Made by a program: the position numbers and the translations under genes
The notes under the pieces: generated by a model
Database searches by the model: none
Told to the model about the DNA's origin: nothing
What the model saw: the letters and a program-made list of their open reading frames with translations, nothing else
Shown here: in pieces, positions 11,128 to 22,787 of the stretch
Position numbering within the stretch: the stretch's first letter is position 1
Layout of the letters: every line of letters begins with the position of its first letter
Assembly: GCA_000004985.1 (NCBI GenBank)
Contig: GG738855.1
Strand: one strand, 5' to 3'
From: Naegleria gruberi
Lineage: Eukaryota
DNA: 64,000 nucleotides

Positions 11128-11142
11128 GTTATTGGAAACACC

Positions 11143-11928
11143 TTATTCATGTCTTGGTGGTTTTTCCACCACTTTGATTTTTGTAATTTGAATATGATCT
11201 TCCAATGGATAAATATTTTCACATTTGGTTCTAATTTCTGCACCCATTCCACATTTGATTGCCATTTGCTCAACAAATTCCAGAATGTTCATCTTACTAA
11301 TATGTTTGGTTAATACTTGAGCCATGACAGTCCTAATCTTATGAATTTGCGACTTACTGGCATAGGATGTCTTTTTCAATTGCAATTCTGTCATTCTCGT
11401 GCTCACAATCATGGCTATTCTAATCTTGTAACCATCCAAACTCTTAAATTCCTGATTAAGAGTTATGGTTGAGCGACCTTTTCCTATCAATGATGCCAAT
11501 TTATCTTGACTCAATCTAAAACCATTAAACTCTGTTTCTGCATGTTTTCGAAGAGCAACATTATTGATCTTCAATTTTACAATATTATGATTCAATTCTT
11601 CCTTCAAAGATGGAATAATATCAGGAGCTGAAACTTCCACTGTTCGATCAAGAATTTTTTCAAACGTTGGAGTTTGATCCACTTTTTTCTTCACTTTTTT
11701 CTTCAATTTTTTCTGCAAGGCGATAGTGTGTTCTGATTTTGTAATGGGTGTCATTAAAGGAGGATAATCTCCCTCAGTATTGGTGACAGTAGCATATTCA
11801 TTGGTATCTGATTTTTCATAGCTCAGGTATGGTGATTCTATTAGAAAGAATTCTTTTCTATCTTGAAAATATTTTGGCAGACGGTACCTTCTTGGTAACA
11901 TACGTTTGTTCCTTCCGAGTCCTCCCAT
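11143..11928 (-). CDS. hypothetical basic protein (MGGLGRNKRMLPRRYR...)
   Basis: The ORF-track start at 11991 is GTG; the first ATG is at 11928. Basic N-terminus. No confident family assignment. Confidence 0.4.
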   Translation of the reverse strand: MGGLGRNKRMLPRRYRLPKYFQDRKEFFLIESPYLSYEKSDTNEYATVTNTEGDYPPLMTPITKSEHTIALQKKLKKKVKKKVDQTPTFEKILDRTVEVSAPDIIPSLKEELNHNIVKLKINNVALRKHAETEFNGFRLSQDKLASLIGKGRSTITLNQEFKSLDGYKIRIAMIVSTRMTELQLKKTSYASKSQIHKIRTVMAQVLTKHISKMNILEFVEQMAIKCGMGAEIRTKCENIYPLEDHIQITKIKVVEKPPRHE

Positions 11929-12154
11929 TTTTTTGCATGAAATTGAAATATTTATTGAAAATGGATTGATGGCTATTGTTAGTAATTTCACAATTCTGAG
12001 ATTGAAATTCCAAAAAATCTACAAGATTTATTACAAAAAAATGAAATTATAACAATTTTAGCAGGTGATGTGAATAATATGTAATTATTAGTTAATTGTT
12101 TAAATTATTTAATTTTTAAATAATTGGGATTTTTGAATTTTTATTTAAAAAAAA

Positions 12155-13399
12155 ATGATTGAAAACGTTCATTCTCTCGGTTGGCTACTCAAACACAACA
12201 CTCCATTACTGAGTAAAATTTTACTATTTTGCGACTGCAAGACAGTGCTCCACTCAATTCCGTACGTTTGTAAGAGTTGGGCCAATTTAATGTATAATTG
12301 TTTTCCATCGGTTGTGGATTCAATGCACTTGGATTCCGTAGTGGAAAATTCCATCATGATGATGATGACGGATGAAAGTCTTAGTGCCAGTAATCATCAC
12401 CATCAAAAGAATTCTACTACTGATGATGACGATGAAGAAATTAAAAACATTTGGGAACTCCTCTTCTATAGAGATTGTACAACTTGTAGAGGAAAACAGA
12501 ATAGTTTTTGTTCCTTGTTGGAGAAAATTGAATTTAATCAAGTTTTTATTCCCGATGATTATGCTGATGGACATAGGGAGAGGAAGTGTTTTGAAAATTT
12601 GTATAAACACTTGATGAGGGATTGGGTTCTCGAGAATGCCATTAAGCCAAACGATGCACTCAGATCAGTAGCTGCCAATTATTCGGAAATTATTTCAATG
12701 AAGGATAGAGTTTCTCTCTTCCGAGAATTTATTGCAGAACAAGAGGAATATGCAACATTGGATAAACATCTCAAAATTAATGAAGGAGACATTGAAAATC
12801 TCACAAGGGATCTATCTCTTATAGAAGATACTTTTAAATTTACCAAGTTTGTCCAATGTATTGAAGTTGAGGATGAAGACGAGACCATTGTAGAGGATGT
12901 TATTGAGAGGAGGAGTATGCAAGTTGAAGGAAGCTTTTTAAACTGGAATGGAGATATTGTACACATGACTTTCGTATTGGATTTTCCATATAGTGAATTT
13001 AATCCAGAGGCAGATGTGGACATGGATGTATTTTTCAATCTTGGTGACATGATATCATTGGCAGCAGGAGAAGTTAATTTACCAGATTTAAATGTAATTC
13101 TAGGAAAGGACATTGGAGCTGCCTATCCATGGATTTTGGACACTAGTGGTTGTAAAGTTGAGAGCGAGGAAGACATGTTGCATGTCTTGTTGAATAACTA
13201 TTTAATTACCATTCTAATTGGCGCCATTTCAATGCAAGTCATACCAATTAAGGAGTATAATGATTTAACATTTTCAAGAACTGATGACTTGCTATACTTT
13301 TTAAAGTTTGGCACAATAGACATTATGAGTGATTGTATACCTGAAGTGAAACCTCAAGTTGGCACTAATGATTTGATGGATGATTCCTTGAATGATTAG
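12155..13399 (+). CDS. F-box domain protein
   Basis: LLSKILLFCDCKTVLHSIPYVCKSWANL fits the F-box consensus (LP.EIL..IF..L....L.....VCK.W). Acidic and His-rich tracts follow. Confidence 0.55.
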   Translation: MIENVHSLGWLLKHNTPLLSKILLFCDCKTVLHSIPYVCKSWANLMYNCFPSVVDSMHLDSVVENSIMMMMTDESLSASNHHHQKNSTTDDDDEEIKNIWELLFYRDCTTCRGKQNSFCSLLEKIEFNQVFIPDDYADGHRERKCFENLYKHLMRDWVLENAIKPNDALRSVAANYSEIISMKDRVSLFREFIAEQEEYATLDKHLKINEGDIENLTRDLSLIEDTFKFTKFVQCIEVEDEDETIVEDVIERRSMQVEGSFLNWNGDIVHMTFVLDFPYSEFNPEADVDMDVFFNLGDMISLAAGEVNLPDLNVILGKDIGAAYPWILDTSGCKVESEEDMLHVLLNNYLITILIGAISMQVIPIKEYNDLTFSRTDDLLYFLKFGTIDIMSDCIPEVKPQVGTNDLMDDSLND

Positions 13400-13599
13400 T
13401 TACTGGTTCAATTCAATTATTAAGATTTACCTTAATAATCAGGAGGAGTTGGTATATTTTAATTGTTCTAATCAAGTTTCGATATGATTACTTTGGATAG
13501 AATGATAAATTTCAAAATGTAATATTTCCATTCCTGGTAAATAATCAAGTCGATTATAACAGCCAAGCAACAGATAAATAACATTTCCAAATCAAAAAA

Positions 13600-14697
13600 A
13601 TGATTGGACAAGCTATCAATTTGACGAATTTATTGGCAGTTGTTGCTGTGGTTTCTTTCGGTTTCCTCTATTCAGAATTTACTGTATCCACATTGAAATA
13701 TGTAACAACCAACAGCTTGAACTATGTATTTGCCTTTCTTCCTCGTGGACAATTCTCCTCCATTGAAAATAGCATCCTTTCTAATGTTCGTTCAATGAAA
13801 TCCATTGCTGAAATCTCTTCCAAGTATGATACTCAATTCGTCCCTTCACAATATACCTTCTCCGTTTGGGCACTCATTTACTTTTCCTTGTCCTTGTTTG
13901 GAATTCTATCCTTACTAACCAATAAGGAAGAAAAGGAAAGGATTGGTCGAAACATTGGCCCATTATTCTTTGTAACAAATTTATTGAATATTGCCTGGAT
14001 GGTTTCATTCAGTTTGGAATATATTTTCCTTTCACACTTGATCATTGTTGGATTGTGGTGGACCTTATTCACACTCTATGCTCGAATCATTGATGTGAGA
14101 TATGGATATACAGTGAGCAAGTATCCTCTCTGGGTCAAATTACCATTCTCAATCTATCTTGCCTGGATATCATGTGCAGCAGTTGCCTCCACAATGATGG
14201 TTCTCAAACACGATATTATGAAACCATTCATTGATTCATTTTCTAATACTGCTGAAAAGGAAAAGATGTTTGTTTATAATTTGGATTTCACCAGTCCAGT
14301 TCTTGCTGTTGTTTCCTTGGTTGGAGTATTGTCAAACATGTTGGATGAGCAACAGTGGGTTGCTGCATTTGTTACCCTTACCTCTGTTATTGGATTATGG
14401 TTCTCAAAGTTTAAGAGAGATTCATTATTCGTGTTGGTTTTGCTTTGGTCATTGGCAGGAATTGTCTTGAAGAATTGGTACAATCCAGATCCACTTGTAA
14501 GGATCGTCTCTCAAGTGAACATGGTCATTATGTTCTTTGAGTTTTTATTCTCATTGTATCATGTGTTGACTCAACCTGGACAAAGATTAATGATGGAACC
14601 AAGTATCATTGAAAAGAGAGATGTTGTTAGTAGCGGTGGTGGTGTATTGGAAATTGACTTTAAGGGAAATCAAAAAGGAAATAAGAAAAGGAAATAA
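13600..14697 (+). CDS. multi-pass membrane protein with an N-terminal TspO/MBR-like region
   Basis: At least 8 hydrophobic helices. QYTFSVWALIYFSLSL and LLNIAWMVSFSL resemble TspO/MBR conserved segments. Weak assignment. Confidence 0.4.
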   Translation: MIGQAINLTNLLAVVAVVSFGFLYSEFTVSTLKYVTTNSLNYVFAFLPRGQFSSIENSILSNVRSMKSIAEISSKYDTQFVPSQYTFSVWALIYFSLSLFGILSLLTNKEEKERIGRNIGPLFFVTNLLNIAWMVSFSLEYIFLSHLIIVGLWWTLFTLYARIIDVRYGYTVSKYPLWVKLPFSIYLAWISCAAVASTMMVLKHDIMKPFIDSFSNTAEKEKMFVYNLDFTSPVLAVVSLVGVLSNMLDEQQWVAAFVTLTSVIGLWFSKFKRDSLFVLVLLWSLAGIVLKNWYNPDPLVRIVSQVNMVIMFFEFLFSLYHVLTQPGQRLMMEPSIIEKRDVVSSGGGVLEIDFKGNQKGNKKRK

Positions 14698-14713
14698 TTT
14701 AATAAAGGTAGGA

Positions 14714-16501
14714 TTACAGTTCAAAGGTGGTAATTAAAGGTTTGTGGTGTTGGGATTCGGTGCTAGTATTTGTTTCCAACAATTGGAAGTCCAATGTTTT
14801 AACACAAGGGGAAATGAAGACATAGTCGAGGGTAGAAGATTCTTTGGTTTCTTGATCAACAAAGGTTGGTTCAAAGGCAACATTATGATACCATGTTCCT
14901 GAATATGATTCAGATTCACTGGATTCATCTTCATCATTATCTTCATCGTGATGATCTTCAGAGGAGGCAGTCGATTGGCGAGAGTCTGTCTTTTCAAAGA
15001 CCATCAAGGAAGCAGATAATTGTTTTTGACATGGAATAATTAAGCTTTCTCTATCGTATGGTGTTGGGAAATCATCAGAGTCAGAGTCACTATCAATAGG
15101 TTTAGTTTGGTCATCATTATTGTGAGCACCAAGGTCAGTTCCAGTAACCAGAATACTCAGAGCATTTGATTTTGGTAAACTGTTAAAATTACCAACAGTA
15201 ATGGTTGGTGTAATTGTTGTCTTGTTTGTAATTGAATTGTAATTTGACATTTTACCAACAATTTCTTGTCTCATAGAATGAGCAGCATATCTTCTAGCTT
15301 CCACTCCTTGATCCCAATGAGTGTTAAAAACAATAAAGTCCTTGTACTCTTCCTCTGCCTCCTCATCATATGGTTTAAAAACAAAGGCTGCCCAATTACA
15401 GAAACGAGGCACAAGTGAGTCCCAGGATTTAGTACCTGCTTCCTTGTGGTTCTTACTAAACCAATAGACGCCACAATCTACACACTTCAATCTTTCGGAA
15501 TTATAAATTATTGGCAAGTATTCAGTGACAAAGTCATCAGGATCCCTATCTTCGGTTTCTCTATTTCTGACTTCATTCTGTAAAAATCTTGTTATTATAC
15601 TGGTGGTGGAGGTAGATTGAATCATTGGTGTATCTTCGTCTCTTTCCTCACTACTTTCTATAGTTTCGTCAAGTTTACTTGGTTCATAACTATTCTTGTG
15701 TCCACAACAGAACCATTTATAAACTGGTGGCTCATTATCCTCGCTGTCAGTCATGGTTTCTTCATGCTTCATTTCCAAGTGTTCTTCAGCCTTTTTCAAG
15801 CATTTCAATGATTTAATTAATTGTCCATAATTGACATCTTGCAACAAGATTAAATCAGGTGCTTGTTCACCAATCTGTTGAATGGTTGACTTGTTATTAT
15901 CATCATCTTCATCAATGTTTTCTCCTTCAACACTTGATGCACTCCATGAAGCAACAGTAAGCTTTTTCTTTGATGTCTTCCTACTACTCGTTGCCTTTTC
16001 GAATTGTTCATCAAATTGTGCATCAATCAATGATGAAGACATGTGATGATGATGTGAAGAATGTGATTTTTCTAAAATTTCCAACTTGACTTCATGACGT
16101 TCATCCACAACAATAACATTATTAATTGGTGATGATGCTGGAGAAAAGTCTTGCTCATCAACCCATCTCGATGTCACGGCAGACCTTCTTGTATAGAGGG
16201 AGGTATCTGCATTACCTGATGATAATATTGGAATACTATTGGAGGATGAGGAAATAGCAACATTGTTGAGGAGAGAATTTGTTTGTTGTTGTGGTTGTTG
16301 ATCATCAACATTCCGAATAAGATTAAAATTCATCATATTACCGTTATTTTCCAATGGAGAATCGTGTTGTTGCTCCAAAATTGATGATGAGTGAGCTGAA
16401 TCGGTACTGCTCAAACTAGTTGTGCTCTGTGATAAATTCGACTTGTCCTTGCTTGCCTTTCTGCGGTTCTTTTTATTCTTACTGTTCCTCTTTCTGGCCA
16501 T
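14714..16501 (-). CDS. endonuclease/exonuclease/phosphatase (EEP) family protein with a long Ser/Asn-rich N-terminal region
   Basis: The C-terminal half has FIVFNTHWDQG, TVGNFNS and LDYVFIS, resembling EEP motifs (NTHLD, GDFN, DYIF). ATG at 16501. Confidence 0.5.
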   Translation of the reverse strand: MARKRNSKNKKNRRKASKDKSNLSQSTTSLSSTDSAHSSSILEQQHDSPLENNGNMMNFNLIRNVDDQQPQQQTNSLLNNVAISSSSNSIPILSSGNADTSLYTRRSAVTSRWVDEQDFSPASSPINNVIVVDERHEVKLEILEKSHSSHHHHMSSSLIDAQFDEQFEKATSSRKTSKKKLTVASWSASSVEGENIDEDDDNNKSTIQQIGEQAPDLILLQDVNYGQLIKSLKCLKKAEEHLEMKHEETMTDSEDNEPPVYKWFCCGHKNSYEPSKLDETIESSEERDEDTPMIQSTSTTSIITRFLQNEVRNRETEDRDPDDFVTEYLPIIYNSERLKCVDCGVYWFSKNHKEAGTKSWDSLVPRFCNWAAFVFKPYDEEAEEEYKDFIVFNTHWDQGVEARRYAAHSMRQEIVGKMSNYNSITNKTTITPTITVGNFNSLPKSNALSILVTGTDLGAHNNDDQTKPIDSDSDSDDFPTPYDRESLIIPCQKQLSASLMVFEKTDSRQSTASSEDHHDEDNDEDESSESESYSGTWYHNVAFEPTFVDQETKESSTLDYVFISPCVKTLDFQLLETNTSTESQHHKPLITTFEL

Positions 16502-16708
16502 TTTTTTAATTGTTGTCTTATCTGCATAGAGAATTTAATAATTGATGTGATGATGGGCGAATCATTATTACCGGTTGAGTTGTTATTCAGCCGAGAGTAG
16601 ATAGCATGTAAATAATATCTTTGTAAATATTGTAACAATATAGTGGTATTGGTGTGAAGGATTAAAAACAAATTTCATGGTTAATTTTGTTGCAACAAAC
16701 AATTCTTG

Positions 16709-16719
16709 TTCCCGCCAAG
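16709..16719. promoter_or_regulatory. E2F-like site TTCCCGCCAAG 36 bp upstream of the BRCT-gene ATG (16755)
   Basis: Matches the TTTSSCGC consensus in 7 of 8 positions, followed by CAA as in the palindromic sites. Confidence 0.3.
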
Positions 16720-16754
16720 TTTTGGTGGCCATTTCCAAAAAATTCTAGAAAAAA

Positions 16755-19700
16755 ATGTCTACAAACCCATCACGTAGATCAAACTTTCATTCTAGAGGCT
16801 CCATCTCGAGCAGCAGCCCAACACTAGATGAATTTACTATCGGTAGGTGTTATCAACACTAGTTGATGGGCTAATATCATATTATTCTTATGTAATATTT
16901 TCAACATTTATTATGTGGAACAAATATTTGTGTGGATTAATAATAACAATAATAGAAAATTATAAAAGAAAGATCAAGGAGCAAGAATCGGAAATAAGTG
17001 ATCTCCAAAAGGAACTCCATAATTTTCGTATGAAGGAAAGTGATTTTATGTTTAATTCTTTGTTGATGAAGTTTTCATCAGAAAAGAAGAGGAAGAGAGA
17101 TGAGTTCGATGAAGATTCTTGCAATGACACCAGTCAAAGTGTAGCAAAAGCCGAGCAACAAAACACCCACCAAAGCACTCATCTTGCAAATGGAAAACCA
17201 CAAATCACTTTGGAAGAACACGAAAAAAAGATTTCCGAATATACTGCTCAAGTAGAAAACCTAGAGAAGGAAAATTCCGATTGGAAAACCCAAATAACCT
17301 CCTTGAAGGAATTACATGGAAAATTAGAACATCAATTCAATCAGCTTACAGAACAATTAGAAAAGTCTCTCACTGAAAACAAAAGAATTACTGAGGTTTG
17401 TGCTCAAAACGAACAAGCTGTCAAGAAGGCAGAAAGTGAAATCGAATCTTTAAGAAATGAGTTGAAACAAAAAGAAAATATCCTAAACCAATCTAATCAA
17501 GAGTTGGAAACCAGAAAGAATGAGTTGGAAAATGTGAAGAAAGAGTTAGATAGTGTAAAGAGCGAGATGGAATCACAAATCAAACAATTGACCACTCAGC
17601 TCGAACAAAATCGACAACCTGTAACTCAAATTGCTAACAATGACGAGAAGGAAAAGGAGCTCACTCAACAAGTTAAGAATCTTGAGGAAGTTAATTCTAA
17701 ACTTCAACAAGAAATTGTCAGTCTCAACAAGGAAAAGGCCTCATTGGAGCAATTAAATGTTACTCTCAACAGTGATTTGATTAATTCACATGAACAAGAA
17801 AAGGAAAGAGCCAAGAAGGTCAATGAGCTGGAATCGACATTGTCCCTACTTGATGATGACAAGAAGAGACTCGAACTTCTCATCAAGGAAAATGAAACAC
17901 TCTCCGAGGAACGTGTTCGTACTGCTTTGAATGAATCCGAGAGTAAGGATGCTCGTATCACAGAGTTGGAACAACAAAAACAAGATCTCACTACTCATGT
18001 GGAAGAGTTAAAGACTAAAATCAGTGATATTACCAATAACCAATCCAATTATGATCAACAACTTGTGTCTGAAATTGAAAATCAAAAACAATTAATCACA
18101 CAAAAAACACAAGAATTGGAAGAGAGAAATGCTAAAATTGTGGAATTGGATAGCCATGTCCAAAAATTACAACAAGACCTCTCTAATGAAAAGGAACAAA
18201 GCACTAAGAGTATGAATGAAATCACATCACAAATTGAAGCACTCAAATCAGAATTATCTGCAGCCACTGAGAGTCATGCTATAGTTTTGAATGAAAAGAC
18301 CACACTCCAGAATGATATTCAAATTCTTGAAAATGATAAGAATCAATTAAGTATCCAACTTAAAGAAATTCAAGGACACCACGAAAGCCTTCAAGCTTCT
18401 ATTTTGGAAAATGAAAAACAAAAACAAGGTTTGCAAACATCTCTATCAGAATACGAAATCAAAATCGCTCAAAACTCTGAACAAATTAACTTGTTACAGG
18501 CACAAATCGAAAGTCTCAAACAAGTTGAAACACAACTCCAAAACTTGAAATCTGAAAATGAACAATTACAACAACAAGCCACCTCTTATACCGAGTTATT
18601 AAAGAAGAGAGAGGGCGAACTTACCAATCAACAAGAAAAAGAACAACAATTGTTACACCAAAAGGAAGAGGAGATTAAAAGTATTCAAACCAAATATCAA
18701 GAAAGTATCAAAAAGAGAGATGTCAAATTGAATAACATGGAAAGCGAAATCCAAGAATTGAAGAAAGCCTTGGAATCTGCCACCTCTGAAAAGAATCTTC
18801 TTAATACAACTATTGAACAACAAAAGAAGACATTTGAAGACAAACTTGACGATATTAATACACGACACCAAGAAGAAAAGAAGAATCAAGAAAAGCTAGC
18901 AGCATCTCTTACAGAAACATTGAACGAAAAGAATACTTTGGTGGAAAAACTCAAGAGTGAAAAGAATGCCCTAGTTGAAGAAAGATCTCAATTGAAAGCT
19001 AAAGAGGAACTTTTACAAACAACCATTGAACGCTATCGTGCCGAAACAGAGGTGGAATCCAATAATAATAAGAAGAAGGGTGTTAAGCGTGATTCTCAAG
19101 ATGATACTGCACCAACATCTTCCTCAACAATGGACCCTCCAAAGAAGAAGGTAAAGAATGACACACCTGCTAAGAAAGAATTCAAAGTTATATTTTCTGG
19201 TTTTAATGACAAGATTGCCAAGTATACTAATGCTTTCAAGAAGACTTTGGAGGATTATGTTAAGGAATTAGGAGGAGTTATTGTTGACGATGTAGATATG
19301 GGAGCAACACATGTTGTAGCACCACCTGGTGTCAGAAGTAAGTACTATTGATTACCTAAATTATTAACAAGTGTCAGCAATCAAGGTTCTCCAGGCAGCA
19401 GTTGCACACATTTGGATCATGAATCCTGAATGGCTTGAGGAATGTAAGAAACATTCCAAGCTTGTTGGTATGTTGTTGTAAACATTTAAATTCTAATTTT
19501 TCCAAGACGAATCTTCTTTTGGTAAACTGAGAGAGGAAGAATTATTTAAGGGAAAGAATGTCGGTTTTACTGACGCATTTAAAAAGGAATGTGATAATTC
19601 AAAGTATAAGGCTCAAAAAAGAATGACCAATGCCAAAACTCTTGTGGAAGGAGGGTCAGGAGCTGTTACTGAAATGGAAGAAGCTGAATTGATTTTAGTG

Positions 19701-19769
19701 TCTGCTGAGGAAAGTCTTTCTGCAAACGGTAAAACAAAGAGAGTTTTTACTTGGGAAGGATTCCTTGAT
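16755..19769 (+). CDS. long coiled-coil protein with a C-terminal BRCT domain; 4 exons (16755..16842, 16956..19337, 19372..19467, 19507..19769)
   Basis: ATG at 16755, then GTAGGT donor at 16843 and acceptor aataatag at 16955. About 790 aa of heptad-rich E/K/Q/L sequence. BRCT-like end ...GATHVVAPPGVR|MSAIKVLQAAVAHIWIMNPEWLEECKK is split by GTAAGT (19338) and GTATGT (19468) introns. TGA at 19767-19769. Confidence 0.55.
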
Positions 19770-19928
19770 TACATTTTCCCAAAGAATTAATATTTTTCTA
19801 GCTTGTAAATAAATAATTTATTTTGATTCCTCCTTAATAATTTCACATCACAAAAAGTACTTGGGTATCCTTATCAACAATACTTGTTTTTTTAATGGTT
19901 TGTTGATGAAAATATTCAAACTGTTGGC

Positions 19929-22289
19929 TTAAAGGAAGAATGGGTTATTACGAAGTTTTGTTGATGGGTATTCTTGTGTCAAGTCAACTGATTCAATTGA
20001 TTTTTTGGCGTAGAGTAAACATGCTGGCATTCTTACAGAACCATTCCAATTATAGTAGAGATGTGTTTGTCTGAAAGTAATTTTGATAATCTCATCAACT
20101 GAGAACATGGTATTGTTGAACAAAACTTGGTATCTGACTGGTTTGCTGTATCCAATATTACTATTAATAAAGCACGAGTTCATGTAAAATTCTTGAGTTT
20201 GGTATCTTGACATACTGGTAACAACAGTACCAATTGGTGGATTCTGATTATCCATATTAAATCTGGCATTAGAGTCCTTGTTTACACTAACCAGGCAAAC
20301 TTTGGTATATTCCATTTCAGCTTCAAGACAAAAGTCATGAATAAGTTGAGAAATATCAATACAATCATGTCCACTATTGTACAAAATCAAAGCACTAGGC
20401 ATTCCTCCACTGTTTCTATTACGAAAAGCTTGCAAGGCCTCCTTAATACTTGACAATAACTTGTTACGAATGTTTGTTTCATCACTCTCTCTGAAGGGAA
20501 CTGTATAATACAGAGTAGTACTAGTATTTAGTGAGAGTGAAATGGAGCCTTTAAAGTTTCTTCCCTTTCTCTGAATATCAATACCACAAACTGATACAAA
20601 CTCTTGATAGGATCTTTCGACAGACCAAATAAGACCACCAATCTTGGCTGACATTTGTATCAAACAATTAGGAAGTCTCTTAAACCAATCTCCATTACAA
20701 ACAATACATTGTGAAGGAATACCAACAGTACAATTGTAAAACTGTTTCAATGCACTGTAAATATGCTTATTTTCATTAGCCATGAGGAAAAAGACATAGT
20801 CCAGGTCATTCCAATTTTTGTAACCTTCAATATCATGCATAAAATCTCTACCACGATCATCCAAATCAAATACAAGAGGCTTTCCCAAATCGTACCTTCT
20901 AATGGCATCCATAAATCCTTTAACAAGGAATTGTGGTGATACAAGCGCCCAATTTTTTCCTTGCAAACTGTTAATGACAGTATCCATAGAAACAGTCCAT
21001 TTGTCATTTTTCATGCCTTCAATTCCAGAGACTTGTGGTTGTGGAACAACAGTAAAGCTAGTTTCAAGTGCTCTGTCGATTTGCAATCCAACCGAATCAA
21101 GGAATTGTCTTGACTCTCCACTATTCATTTTGTTAGAAATTCTGGTTATGTAGTCTTCCTTTTGTGTAACTGATTTCTTTGGAATTTTCCTCAAATCCTT
21201 CTTGTTAATACCAGAAATGTAACAAAGTTCTGGAATCAGATAGTTAACTTGTTTTTTCTGATTTCTCATCTTGACCATAACACAAATCAAAGGCTGATTC
21301 TTATCTCTAACATTGATATTGTATCTTTCCTTATAGTATTCAAAGTAAGGAACATCTTTTCCATCTTTTTTAAAGGTCGATGAAGGTGTTTGGTTGAAAT
21401 CAATATCCTTAATGACAAATGATCTATTATTGTAGACGATACTGAGACCCTTATATCTTTCTGCTATGGATAAATAGTTATCTCTTTGCATATCATTCTT
21501 CAAATCTTCAATCATGGAATATCTGCTAGTGATCTTTTGTTTGAATGTTAAGGAGAGACACAAACCACTTCCAAGGAAGGCTAAAGCAGGAATAACACCA
21601 TCTCTCACAGAGTATCTATCAACGATAGCGCCTTCTTTTTCAACTTCAGCAAATCCCAATCTATCCATCTTTAAGTATTTAAAAACCTTGGTCAGACAAA
21701 ATGAAATAGCCTGTTCTAATCTAGTATCTTGAATATTATTGTTAATGGAAACTTCAGTCTTTCCTTCAATTTTCACTAAGAATGGAATCTTGACACCATT
21801 CTTTTCGTATGGCATAACAATTTCTAAGGATGGAACCTTCTCAACAGAAACAATTAATGAGCCATCAAACATTGGCAATCCAGGAATTTGTGAGGTCCAA
21901 TTATAAGTCTTTTTTATCATGAAAAACAACTTGAATTTGAATGGAACTATATTCAACATGGATTCAGCCCATCTCTTACTTTCTTCTGGAATTTCAGCCC
22001 ATTCGGTTGTTTTGGATGCACAAGTCACAGAAAATGATGATAATTCGAAAATTCTATTCGGAAGCATTCTGATTGGAAAGAAGTTTGTTTTAATTCTATC
22101 GGATGATGTTCTTTGCCCTCCGTGGCCTCCTTGATAGCCTCCTCCACGACCACCAAAGCCTCCATGTCCTCCTTGATAACCTCCTCCACGGTGGTGACCA
22201 CCACCCTGGTGATGTGATGGTCTTCCAGAGTTGTCCTCCTTGAAACGTTTGTTATAGTCTTGATTTCCTTCGAAGCCTCTCTTGCTCAT
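19929..22289 (-). CDS. Argonaute/Piwi family protein with an RGG/GGY-rich N-terminus
   Basis: N-terminus GGGHHRGGGYQGGHGGFGGRGGGYQGG. PAZ-like segment VPYFEYYKERYNINVRDKNQPLICV. Piwi C-terminus VRMPACLLYAKKSIE resembles IPAPVYYA..A.R. The track start at 22337 is TTG; first ATG is at 22289. Confidence 0.85.
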   Translation of the reverse strand: MSKRGFEGNQDYNKRFKEDNSGRPSHHQGGGHHRGGGYQGGHGGFGGRGGGYQGGHGGQRTSSDRIKTNFFPIRMLPNRIFELSSFSVTCASKTTEWAEIPEESKRWAESMLNIVPFKFKLFFMIKKTYNWTSQIPGLPMFDGSLIVSVEKVPSLEIVMPYEKNGVKIPFLVKIEGKTEVSINNNIQDTRLEQAISFCLTKVFKYLKMDRLGFAEVEKEGAIVDRYSVRDGVIPALAFLGSGLCLSLTFKQKITSRYSMIEDLKNDMQRDNYLSIAERYKGLSIVYNNRSFVIKDIDFNQTPSSTFKKDGKDVPYFEYYKERYNINVRDKNQPLICVMVKMRNQKKQVNYLIPELCYISGINKKDLRKIPKKSVTQKEDYITRISNKMNSGESRQFLDSVGLQIDRALETSFTVVPQPQVSGIEGMKNDKWTVSMDTVINSLQGKNWALVSPQFLVKGFMDAIRRYDLGKPLVFDLDDRGRDFMHDIEGYKNWNDLDYVFFLMANENKHIYSALKQFYNCTVGIPSQCIVCNGDWFKRLPNCLIQMSAKIGGLIWSVERSYQEFVSVCGIDIQRKGRNFKGSISLSLNTSTTLYYTVPFRESDETNIRNKLLSSIKEALQAFRNRNSGGMPSALILYNSGHDCIDISQLIHDFCLEAEMEYTKVCLVSVNKDSNARFNMDNQNPPIGTVVTSMSRYQTQEFYMNSCFINSNIGYSKPVRYQVLFNNTMFSVDEIIKITFRQTHLYYNWNGSVRMPACLLYAKKSIESVDLTQEYPSTKLRNNPFFL

Positions 22290-22787
22290 TTCGTGTGTGG
22301 CTTTGTGATTTGTGTTGGTCGAAGGAAAAACTGGCAATATGTTGTTTGCTTATTTTTTTGATTAACTGAAGAGAAATTGAATGATTGAAAAAGGCTGGAA
22401 AGTTTGTTCAAAATATTTGTTTCTAAACAAAAGGCTTCTTGTTCAAAGTCAAGAAATTATGTTTAACTCAAATCTCAAACATGATACATCAGCTGGAGTA
22501 CAGTTTATAGTGATTAATTAAAGCTGGCATTTAGTGAGGTATCTCAACAATTATTCATTATTGTAAAGAAAGCTAAAAACATAAAAGTATCTCCCATTGA
22601 TGATGGGTTACAATTACCTTGTTGTTAAAAGTTCAGATCTTCCAAACACTTTCAAAGTATTCTTTCAGATGAATGATTCTTCCAACATGAGCACAACCCA
22701 TTAAATAAGTTGAGAGAATTCATGAGACCTTCATGATTTTATCTTTCTGGGTTCAATTCACAACATGGGAGAATTATTTTGCTTTTA

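Noticed and set aside
16847-22337. ORF-track start positions carrying M at TTG/GTG codons (e.g. 16847, 22337, 45173, 54391, 63327, 11991, 1580)
   Set aside because: The track uses bacterial alternative starts. This is a eukaryote, so I moved each start to the first in-frame ATG or to an upstream exon.
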